Positions 43,801 to 55,800 of a stretch of DNA of 64,000 nt are shown here, in pieces. The notes under the pieces were generated by a model. The model had not been told where the DNA came from, did not search any database, and saw nothing but the letters and a program-made list of their open reading frames with translations. The position numbers and the translations under genes are program-made. The DNA is from Botryllus schlosseri (lineage: Eukaryota). The stretch spans positions 3,412,001 to 3,476,000 of the forward strand of contig CM119372.1 in NCBI GenBank assembly GCA_051294905.1, in the 5' to 3' direction. Each line of letters starts with the position of its first letter. Position 1 is the stretch's first letter.

Positions 43801-46800
43801 GATTGTTAAGCTTCTAGTCCATTATGACTTGATGTAACCTCCTAAAAGTATGGATAACGTGGATAATTCAAAAATAGCGCTTGTGACAATGTTATAGGTT
43901 GGGGCCCAGGGCTGGGCGCAATGAGCACTCGAATCTGCATCAATTTCAATTATTCGAGTCGACTGGCGGGTGAGGATTTTTCCAGTCGTGAAATTAAACA
44001 CTCCATACCACTAAAAGTTTATCAACGATAAATATAATTTCGATACTATTATTCACCGTGGAAGATTTGAAACCTTGATTAGTGGTATCGCAGCATAGTA
44101 AGCATGTAATACAAAGCTACCCACTCCATAGGTTAAATGGCATATATATGAACTTGTGATCAACCAACAGCATATAGGCTATATATCACCCGCATCATAT
44201 TTCTATATGTACTCTGTACCACCGTGAAATTATGCGTTTATAGCTACAATGTATTTCTTCAGTTCAATCTATATACTGTATAATAAATTATTTTCTTTCT
44301 GAAGACTGTTCGCAGCAATAAAGACGTGAGTTTTACATCGGCATGTCATTCGCTATGGTTGTTGCACTAACGAATAATAATATTGAAGATATTATTGTTT
44401 CTTATTTTTCGTTTCTAAGTCAACGCGTGATATTTTATTTGCCAAAGCCTAAAACAAACGCCTTGTTTGGGAATTCATCTGCGCATTCAAGAATTGCCAT
44501 ACGACGCTTCAGATTTGCGCATGGAGAGATGGAGAGCTAGAAAATTTTCGGATTTCCCAAATAGAATCATAAGTAGAATTACTGCCACATAATTTTTTTC
44601 GAATTAACGAAACTTTGAAATTGAATACATCGTAACAAAATACAGTTAACTTCATATTAAATCAGAATTCCTTTTCATAAGCACGAGATAGAACTGTGCA
44701 GTTCTCTGGTTGCATATCCGGAAAACCCGTTATTAGATAGGAATTGAAATTAGTTCAGAATTATATTACCGACATTTCGCTCTAATTAGTATAGTTTACC
44801 GCTAGAATTATATAGTTGTCCAAGCCTGCGTAGGGTATTGGGAATCATAACCGGGACCGTAAGACTATATTTTGTACAATTTGAGTGTGTCGCTAGAAAG
44901 GGGGTATTTTCCGGAATACGCGGAGCGGATTTGCTACTGTACACCTCAATGAAGGCATATGGCAGTACATCATTTTTCGTCTAACCGTGAGCACCTGTGC
45001 ACACGGTTATTAAATGGCATTGCATTGGTGAAGATCTACTGCGATTTTCTCCCGAATATTTTGTGCATATTCCGTATTATCGCTGACTAGCATGTGCGTT
45101 CGTCATGAGTCACTGTTATACCATTTGGATTTGTGCTTTTATTAGTTTTCCTCGCCCGCTAACTCAGTATATTGCTAATCAGTTTTGATAGAAAAAGTAA
45201 CGGTAGCCCGTACTGACTTACAGATGCTTGAAATTTAGTGGCTTAGGGTGGGTGGCACAGATCCCGATCGCCGTTTAACCAGCGGGTGACCTTACTCGCG
45301 GATTAAATTATCCCCGATTAAGGCGATCGAAGATTACTTTTTGATCGGCATCTGTGCGATCCACCCCTAGGGGCTTCTGATTTACATCTTATACTTACAT
45401 TGCATGATATTTGTTTGAAATAACTTGTGTTCCCGACACAGTTTACGCAATCGGACAGAGATGCTCAAAGTAATCAGCGTTTCTACTCAAGTAGAAGTAG
45501 AAGTAGCAATTTTAATTTTCAAGACATCTCAAAACTGCTTGAAATCGAAGCAGCAAATGAAAGATATGAAATATGTTCAAGTAAGTAGTTTAAAAGGGTA
45601 GATTCGGTCGCGATAGTAAATTCTTCACTTTCGTGATAGTAAGTTCCATCATTGGAACTAGCACAAAATTAGTGTTAATACTAGAAATAGGTGCAATCTT
45701 CTAAAACATTTTCGAACTAAAAGTGGAAGTAATATGCCACTGGACAGAGTAGTACAAGTAAGCACTGCTAGTGTAAGTGTAAGTGTAAGTGTAAGTTAAG
45801 TGTACGTGAATTGTGTAAGTACTTCGTTACTGGCCAGCTCTGTAATTAGCCTATGGAAAGGGTATTACATTATCCCTGTACTGAGCAGTAACTTTCATGA
45901 ACGCAACACTTCCCGTTTTACTAAAGATTTTATACTTGCCACAGGTGTATGATGACAACAGCCGCCTCACCCCCGAATCGAGAACGTATTCCAAAGATTC
46001 GGATGAGCTGCAGAAAAATCATCCTTTGAAGATAATGGTAAAGTTGCTAACTTGCCCAGAGAGCCAGTCTACTATATATGTAGAATATATCAGTGCTATT
46101 TACGATACAAGGAGAAATTTCTTCAATGGTAACTACTGATGTTAGTTTCTGGCATCTCGCTTTCGAATATGATTATTCAGTAGCCTGCATATTAGTACAT
46201 CGTTTCTGAACTTTACCAACCGGTGGAACCTTACGATAATCTACAAGCCGGCTGCCAATCCGAAATTTTCTCCGAATAACAAAAACGACAAACTACCACA
46301 TTTCACATTAAATGCATTAATATAGAATACTGTTGCACAACATAAACTGTGTATCAACAACAGCGTTAAAGGAGAAAAAACTTTCACCATGATATTCACA
46401 CAAAACAAGAAGATGATGATAATGAATATTTACAGTAGACCAGCGTGACTTCTGCTGTACCAGTCTGGTTTCTGTCTTGAGCTCGGGCACACCTGCGATT
46501 CGTTTGAACACGGGTTCTGAACCGCTAAACTATAGGTAGTTGTGGGCATTTAGCCTTTGTATGATATGTTAATTTATAGTATCCGGCAGCACTTCGTCAG
46601 CCCCCCCCCCCAAAAAACGTTGGTCCTGGTCCCCCCATGTGGTGATAAACCGAAGACCCCCCCAGACCCCCTCAGGCTATACGCTGTTTGCCACTACTTA
46701 TCTGATGCATTGGTTGTCCGGTTAATGAGTCGGCTCTACTCGCGGAAACGCGCGTAGCGCGCGAAATTTCGATAATTCATGACTGAATCTGTCAATATGA

Positions 46801-49800
46801 TCGGGAATTGCATATATATTGCTATCAATTTTTATCCTCTCTCTGCTCACATAATCTGATTGACAGGTAGAGCTGAGTGAAGTGTGTTTGAAAGGGTAGG
46901 ACCCCTCAGCAATAATTAAACATCTCCTGGTGTGTAGGCCTACCCGTTGGCAGGAACGAAACAGCACTTCGTCAGCCCCCTCCCAAAAAACGAACTTGAG
47001 TCCTGGGCTCCCATAGGGTGATAAACTGACCCCCATCATCACGTTGTTCGCTTGGACCACGACATTATAGCTGTACCGTTCAGTGAGCCAACGCGCAGCG
47101 CGAAAATTTTCGATAATCCGTCATAAAATCGGTCAATAAGATCGGGAAATGCATATATATTGCTATCAATGTCTTGTCCTCTCTGATCACGTAATCAGAT
47201 TTACCAGTAGAGCTTAGTGAGGTGTCTTTGAAACTGTAAAGCCTGTAAATAATAATTGAACATCTTCGGTCAGGCGGACCCGTTGCTATGACTTCGTTAC
47301 ATGATGTTATTTCGTGACCTCCCGATCACACGATTTCGGATCGGTATTTCTTCACTGGCATATAATTTTTTTCCTGTGGGATGGTATTTGTCTTGTGAGG
47401 TTCAGATTGCCAAGATAGGAACATTCGGCGCCAGTCATTTAGGCGTCCATATGGGCAATTAAGCTTATATGTATTTTGTATATATAACGAAGTTTTCGGT
47501 CAGCATAAGGGCAGTCCTTTACGGTCAAGGTCGTCTCGCTGCCGATCGTTCTGGCACACTTCTTGGAGTCGCATGTTGCATGGCCGAAAACTTTATATGT
47601 CTTGGTGCGTCGTGGCACGGTAATGGCCAACGACGATATGTGTATTTCTATAAATCTTGCGTATTTTTTTGGGGGGAGGACCCAATAATTAAGATATCTG
47701 GCGGCTCGAAATCGCGCGCATCGCGAAAAACTTTTTAAAAAGTTGCATGGATTTTCAAAAAATGCTCCATAATTTATGCTAATTCACGAAATAATTTAGG
47801 CCCCCTTTGAGCTCGCCCCCCCCCCTCCAATTTGGGGGTTTTTGGTGCGGCAGTTACGGCCCTGCCTGCATATTTGAATGACGGGATTCTCTTCGTCAAT
47901 GACTGAAATCTTCCGTTACGAGCTTCACTGCTTTGTGATAACGAAATACCAAAACAACCATTAGGAAAGAAATTGGTCAGCTAGCGTCAACTCCTATATA
48001 TCCGTGCATATACTGATTCAAGCTGTCGCCATATAATCATAGTCTATTTGCAGGTGTCTGCAAAACGTGAAGAGCTTTTACTGCACCCCGTTGTCACCGG
48101 ACTTCTGAATTATAAATGGCGGAGATTCGGCCGATACGTTTATTACTCAAATCTCTCTCTGTTCATCGTGTACCTCGTGCTGCTAAACGTCTACATGATG
48201 GTCATGCCGCGACCGTACGAAATTAATTGGGCTTTAGTCGTCAATTCCAGGCAGTACATCTTAAACAACAGTACTTCTGGAGAGGCAGGTACGTTTCATC
48301 AACTTCAAGCGTAAGCAAATCAAAACAGACGTGTGATTCACAATTGTACATGTACATTGTACATACAATATATGTGTTGCATTTGTTGTTGGATAGCACG
48401 CGATAATGTAGTTAGTATGGCAAGACAAAATCTAGTACCTGAGTGATTCGATTCATAAATCAAGGATTGGGCTTCGAGTAAAGTATTCGTATATCACTTT
48501 TATGGCGCCATTTCAGTATGAATGATGCGGGAAGTTCAAATATGTACCTCTCATGCGACTGGAATTTGATTCCAGTTCTACATCACACTGAAGATGATTT
48601 TATATTTTTTCGACAATACATATTCCATTGCACTTTACGACAATGCTGTGAGTTGATCACGTCACGCTATTGTCATTTCCACCAACGTGCGTACGCTTAG
48701 CATTGTACTACATGTTTCGCAGGGTTGTAATGACTAGAGTCATGAATCGATTCGAGTCAGACTTGAGTCACGATTTTCTGATGACTCGGCTTGACTCACT
48801 TGACTTCTCAAAATACGGATATGACTCGACTCGACTCGAGTCAATATGTGTATTGACTCGACTTGGACTCGAGTCATTACGCATGACTCGAACCAAGTCA
48901 TATGACTCGAGATTCAGACGGCCAAGAGCGACGTTTCATTGTAATTTCGAAAAGTAGCAAAGTATAACCACCCTACTGGGAGTTCGTCTATTGGTACTGG
49001 TACTTGAAAATGCGACCAAAAACTAACACAAGTGGGGAAAATTAGTATATTATAAATGCGAACCATTCGATATCACCAAACAGAGTTATAACAGTGGGTT
49101 TAATAAGACTTTATCTGGAAACTGAGCAGTCAACACAATGACTTGGACTCGGACTCGAGTCATAATACTATGACTCGGACTCGAACCTCTGCTCGATGAC
49201 TTGGACACGGACTTGACTCGGTGGCGAATTGAAAATGACTCGACTTGACTAGAGTCAAATCTAAAAAAGTGAGATTGACTTGTGACTCGGAGCCTTCTGA
49301 CTTGGTTACAACCCTGATGTTTCGTATGTTGCGATAAGACCAATCGAGGGTTCAAGGCTTCCACGGTGGGAAATAGTATCGAAACTAAAATTCTCGATGG
49401 CAAAAACGTGTAATTTCAGTGCTCGAAATCATCACTGCTCGACTCGAATCATTAGAATTAATACTCGATTCAGACTCCAGCACTCAAATCATTGTCCTCA
49501 GCTCTGGTAGTTATCACGAGCAGTAACAATTTAGTAGCAACGGCATCAGTTAGTTTACCAAAACCACACGAATACAATGGGATAGTATATTCCAATTCAC
49601 AGTCATATTCAGGGGTGACGGTTACCTCTGACGTGTGTCAGCCACTATATTTCCGTATTCAATTGTGTATACTGTATTTGAAGTTCGGTGGCTCCAAGAA
49701 TAAGCTCTTAGCCGGTTGGCACCTGCGCGTCTATTTTTCGACATGCCGGTACGAGAGAAGGGTACCGTAATCGCCCAATAGCAGAGAGAGAGAGAGAGAG

Positions 49801-52800
49801 ATATTTATTGATTTGTCCAACCGTAAAGAAAACATCATTGGCACATGCAACAACAATAAATGAACTTACGGTATAGGACAGGGTGTGACCGATATGACTC
49901 TGGGTAGGGTCAACTAGTCTGATCACACCCTGCATTAACAAATACAGATATTGTGTTATAAATTTGGATGCATTGGTTGGGATCAATCAATTCAGCTCAG
50001 CATAAAAATAAAATACTAAAGAAACTACAAATTTGGTGGGAGACAAGCGGATCATTGGTAATGGGAGATGAGGTGACTGAATAATTCCTTTTTGAAGGAG
50101 TGGTATGGGAGGTCCACGATATGGCCACGATATATTCCATTCTAATCGCGCTAGGCCGCTGTTCATTTCTGTAATTATATATTGCTCGTGCAAGTTCATT
50201 GATACCTTGTTATTTGATGTTTATTATGTCTAAGACGACACAATCCGACATCAATTACCGTAAATAAATGCGTTGCAGACACGCTGTCTCGACGGCGCGC
50301 GCGTCTTCACTCTTCAGCCACGCAAATGCCGATTTGAGAAGGATGAGAGCAAAACTACAGACCGCATTAAATTATGCCTACCGAGAGCGTTCATTACGAC
50401 TCGCTGGTAGAACATGGTATTGTTTGAGTGGTAATATGTTGACTTAATTTTGCAGAGATCATCGCAGCCGGTTACGAACCTGATCAGTGAGTGAATTCAT
50501 CATACTAACTGATAATATCGTTTTACTAAGTCAGTTGTATGCCATCACAAGGAACTACACGGTTCAAGATGACGTTTTCTTTATTATATCGAAAATTTTG
50601 TATGCTATGGCCTACAGACTTGGACAACTAGAAAATTTTCCGCATTTTCAAATTAGATTAGAATTAGAATTACAACTACAAAGTGTTTTCGTTTTGTAAA
50701 TTGCAGTAAAATTAGGATTATAGCTGCACAGTTTTTTTTCAGGTTCGATTAGAATTAGTATTGCTAAGTTAACGAAAACTTGGACATTGAGTCAAGTTCA
50801 ATCAATATCAAGTCAGTTCATTGTTATGAGCATGACAATAGCAAATGTCTGTGCAGCAATCATGGCTGGTTTCGCACTATACAGTTCACCTGTAGCATTA
50901 CCAGGAAACCAGAAATTAGATTAGAATTAAAATAGGAGCATAGAAATATTTCACATATTCGATTCGATTTAGATTTAGAGCAAAGAAATATTTCACAAAT
51001 TAGATTAGAATTAGATTGCCGGCATTTCGCTGTAATTAGTATAATTATACAGCTAGAATTCTCTATTTGTCCAAGTCTGCTGGCTTATGGCATAGTTTCC
51101 CAATCCAACCCAAAATGTTCTGTGATCCAGTTTAAAATTTAGAGCGCTGATTACGAATAACAGATCAGCACCTTCCCTCAGACGTTCCCCACGAGTCACG
51201 ACCTGTTTACGAATCTGATTACCATACAAAAAACTGTCTTTCATCTGATAAAAATTTCTATCGAATTCCTCAGGCAATCGCTCGACTGTTATTATTATCG
51301 TGACGAATTGCTGGGTCTTCCCGGATACGACCGGGGATGCCAGCGGCTGCCGACAACGTTTGAAGGACTTAGATGGGCAATATTCGTATTTTCGGCCTTC
51401 AATCTGTTGCGAGAGGTGATTTAACTTGCCATTTATAGGTTGTGTGTGTGAAAGTTCGACTAGCTAAGCTAGGCAGTAGAGCTAACACACATAGACCTTA
51501 CATTTCTACTCAATTACAAATAAAAGCTATTATGATTCCCTAGGCATGCCAAAACTACTTCACTGGAAGTAGAAATTGAAATATCTGACTTGTACTGCTC
51601 AAGGAAGTATTTTTTAAACTGTCGTGATTAGAAGATATATATACGCTGTTAACTCAAAACGACCGTTGTCATACCAAATATTATACTGAGTTGCACTCAT
51701 AAAAATGAAAAAACTTATCTCAGACGTAGTTTCTAATTGGGTTGATTTTAAAACAAATGATTGTTAAAAACACTTCGTTCAAAACATGTTTCAAACAGTG
51801 TTTTAAATAAAGGCCATTTCAAAAATTAATTGTGTCTTTTTAAGTTGTCAAATCATGCCATAATTGTGTAAATACTTTCCAAAAAGATGTTGTATGTGCC
51901 TACGGACAATTACCGCCGAATATAGCCGACGAATATCGATATGGGATGGTTGGAACCCTCAAAATAGTCGGTTCAACAGCAATAGTACAGATATTTCGTC
52001 AAAGTAGCTATATTTATTATTTTCCCTATATTTTAATTGTCAATGTCAATCCACTATGACGTCACAATTGATTTTAACTTTTTTATAAACATGTTTGTTT
52101 TAAAATTCATTAATGTTTTAAATGCAACCCTATCCACAATTGAAGGTATAGGTGTGGACGGAAAATACATAAATACATACAGGCTATACATCAGTAAGGG
52201 AGTGTATTTGCTCCGCGCTACATGTTTGCCCTGGCCACTAAACGATTCATTCTACATCCACGCCGTTGGTTTGTGAAGTCGACGGCGCACTGTATAACTA
52301 CACTGCGATTGTCGGATTGTTAGTTACAATGAGTGCCTCACCTGGTCGTTGTTTCGCTACGCTGTCATTGTACGTAACAATGCCTAATTTCAAAATTCAT
52401 TTGCGATTTTGAGGGGTACTGGTAATCGTAAGTGATAAATATTTATATTTTCGGAATCATTGCGACGATAGCATTCGATTAATGCCAGTTAATACAAATT
52501 CTGAGATTTTTATGATGGATTGCGCCATCACAGGCAAGGCTTGGCCAGCCCGTGCCTCAACTCCCTTTCGCGCTATATTGTTGAACAATAAATATGTGAA
52601 CTCCGTGATTTCGTATGTTACCATGTTTAAAAATTAGTCGTTCATGATCATCGATGGAAAATACACATAATTATAGGTGTTAAAGTCATTGAAGTTGTCA
52701 CAATTGTCTTTTACTGATCCTGACGACTGGTGAAGCACTGTCTCAGTGGCCTCCCCTGACCGCACGTCACTGCTTGTTTGCTTGTTTTGTGGTATTCATG

Positions 52801-55800
52801 GTGTTTGTCGACTACTATGGTCAATTCCGCCAGACCAATGTGCTTGATTTTAATTCCGAAGCTGCCGACTTGTAGCACGGACGACTTCTATAAGACGCCG
52901 CTTACGCGGATGAGTGAGATGGCGAGGAGCCTAGATAAACCTCCAACACTTAGGTAGGAATTCGGGAGTCGACCTCGGCCGGACTCGAACCCGCAACCCA
53001 TAGGTGTTGCAGCAGTGGATTATACCACTGCGCTATATTGCGTTCCCAGGCAATTTACGTTATGCAAGGTCACACAGGGGTATCTTTCCGGTAGTGTTCA
53101 ACGTGTACTCGATGGAAGACAAAGCACAACCTTCTTTGCGTCTCTTGAATCTTTAATAAGTTGACACAATGTCTCTAATAGGAATCCGGTAAACTGAAAT
53201 CAAAATACTTCAATAAATACACAATCTAATCCAAACCCAAACTGAAAAATTTCCCAACTTTCCCGGCTCTACTTTCACTACAAATTCGCTCCATCTACTA
53301 CATAAAATGAATTAAGCCGGACATGACGCCAAAGGGTTCTAACTAAAGGTGAATGATGCACAACCGCACAATCTACATATAGATATTATGTCTCTAACAC
53401 GCTACTTAATATATATTTGCTATTTGTAGAGTTATTGGTGGTTTTGCATTGGTGGATGCAGTTTGAAAACATAAGTACTTGAGTAAGTAGTGCGGGTACA
53501 CGAAACCTACTTGAGTACTTCGTTACTGACCCCTCTCTACTCCATCTAGTTATAGTGTCTCTTTGTTTACTTGACAGTTTTTCCAACTTTTTAACCAACG
53601 CCTGCGATACGTTTCGGAATTCACAAATTTCGTCGAAGTATCGCTCTACGTGCTGGCACTGTTGCTGACGCTGGACTACGAGAGCTATTACATCGACCCT
53701 ATTACCGTACCGGCGGAGGACCTAGCCTTCACGAGTAGCAGTAATAGTAGCGAAGTCATGGCAGACTTTCAATTCAACACTGGGCTGCGCCAGGTATGGG
53801 GTTTAAGTTTGATTAGCAATACACGCTTCACCTTTTGCACTAAACTAAGTTTGAAATATTGCCTAACCTGTTTCAACTATGCATTGTATATCTTTTTTCG
53901 CGTCTGGATATAACACCATGCGACATACTAGCTATATAGTTGTGACACTTCAGCGTGTGACACTTTGGCATGTATAAGGAATTAGGCTTAGGGTAGTGGT
54001 AGCAGATTAGTTGTCTAAATATACTGCCGAGCGAGATAGTGTAATGGTGATGTGTCCGGCTCCTCGATCGGTAGGACGTGGTTTCGATTCCCGGCCCGGT
54101 CAGACCAAAGACTCGAAAACTAGTATCCGCAGCATCCACGGATAGCATGGAGCAGAAAAAACGGGGATGCAGAACTAGGTGACCTGTCGGTCGTATCGCG
54201 TGTCCGTCGTCAAAGCATCTCGATGGTGCAGGCGAAAAATAATATCATCCCTCTCTCTCTCTCTCTCTCTCTAATTAGAGCGAAATGCCGGTAATATAAT
54301 TCTAATCTAATTTGTGAAGTGTCTCTATGCTTTAATTTAATTATAGTTTTTGGTTTTCCTGAATACCCTGAATGCTACAGGACAACTGAGTGCGAAACGA
54401 GCTAAGCTAGGACTACATACATTTGTCGTTCTCATGATAATAAGGATGCAAAGCTCTAATTTGCTAGTAAATCACCAGATTAAGCGCAGCTATGAACAAA
54501 CTAAGTTTGAATGCAGATAAGACCGAGATGTTCCTTTTAAATAATGCCAATCATAATTTCACTGTGAACATCAATCATAAACAAATCTCCATATGTGACT
54601 CAGCAAAATATCTCAGCGTCACCATTGATGCCAAAATGTCTTGGAAGCAGCATATTGAATGCACAATATCAAAACTAGCTCGGTGTGTGGGAATAATGAC
54701 CCGTCTGCAATCTTTGGTTTCCAGATCAATACTACGAACCATCTATTTCTCTCTTTTCCATTTTCACCTGCAATATGGAATCGTAGTATGGGGAAGTGCA
54801 TGCACAACATTTTTGTGCAGAATTCGAACCCTGCAATACCGTGCGATACGGCTGATCTCATCTGTACCTTTACGTACCAAACTATCGCCTTACTACCGTA
54901 AGCATCGAATTTTGCACGTTGACAAACTATATCGCTTCGAAGTATCAAAAATCATTCACAAATATTTTTTCAATAGTTTGCCTCCTGTGTTTGATGACTT
55001 TTTCATGCCTGCCAAAAATGTCCACTCCCACTACACGAGATCCTCGTCAAAAGGAAATATCTACTTACCCCCACCTAATAGCAACCTAACTAAGAGATCT
55101 ATCGACTACTCGGGACCTATCATCTGGAATGTATTACCACCACATATCCGTGAATTGCCTTATAATAGATTCAAAAAAGCCCTACTTGATCACCTCTTGT
55201 CGTTACACTAACACTGTGCCCTACCTGTTGCCCTACCTCGCCCAGGCATTGCTTCATTCATCATTTGCTACCATCGTTTAATTTTTCTTCTATTTTATTT
55301 TTTTAACTACTGTAACCTTTTTTACAACCAGACTGTTCAGAGTCAAGTGTACCTGTTTGATGCTGGTGTGATCAGACTAGATGACCTTCACGGTCTTATC
55401 GATCATTCCTATCTAATACCGAATACTGTGCCAGCATATTTGCTGTACCACCATCACTGCCGTGTGTTATGTATTTTGGATGATGAAAATAAAGACTCTC
55501 TCTGACTCTCTCTCTCTCTCTCTCTCTCTCAATCAATTGTTTCAGAATTGGTATATAGTTCGAAATTGCACATTTATGAACGAAAAATGGGCCTGTTGAG
55601 TCCACAGTTACAATATCGCACAAACTAAATATGAGTTGAAGCAGTGATTCAATTTATCGTCTTTTCACGGCTGTTCATAGTGCCTGGTTATGGTTACTTC
55701 TGATTACAGAAAAACATTATTTACTTCAGGAGTGGCAAAGCGAAGTCGGCGCATTTGCGATCTTTCTTGCCTGGATGGGGCTGTTGCTCTTCATTCAAAA

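Noticed and set aside
45442..45580. Extra exon in intron 15
   Set aside because: Available donors give phase 1, incompatible with exon 16, and the segment runs into a repeat related to ~34310-34920 and ~53380-53530.
50279..50406. Alternative or extra exon after ttgcag at 50278
   Set aside because: In the phase required by exon 17 it hits a stop after about 19 codons; other frames need an unsupported partner exon and a 49-nt intron.
54492..55211. Longest ORF in the window as a nested host gene
   Set aside because: It is the C-terminal part of a LINE ORF2, 5' truncated and lacking the catalytic RT core.
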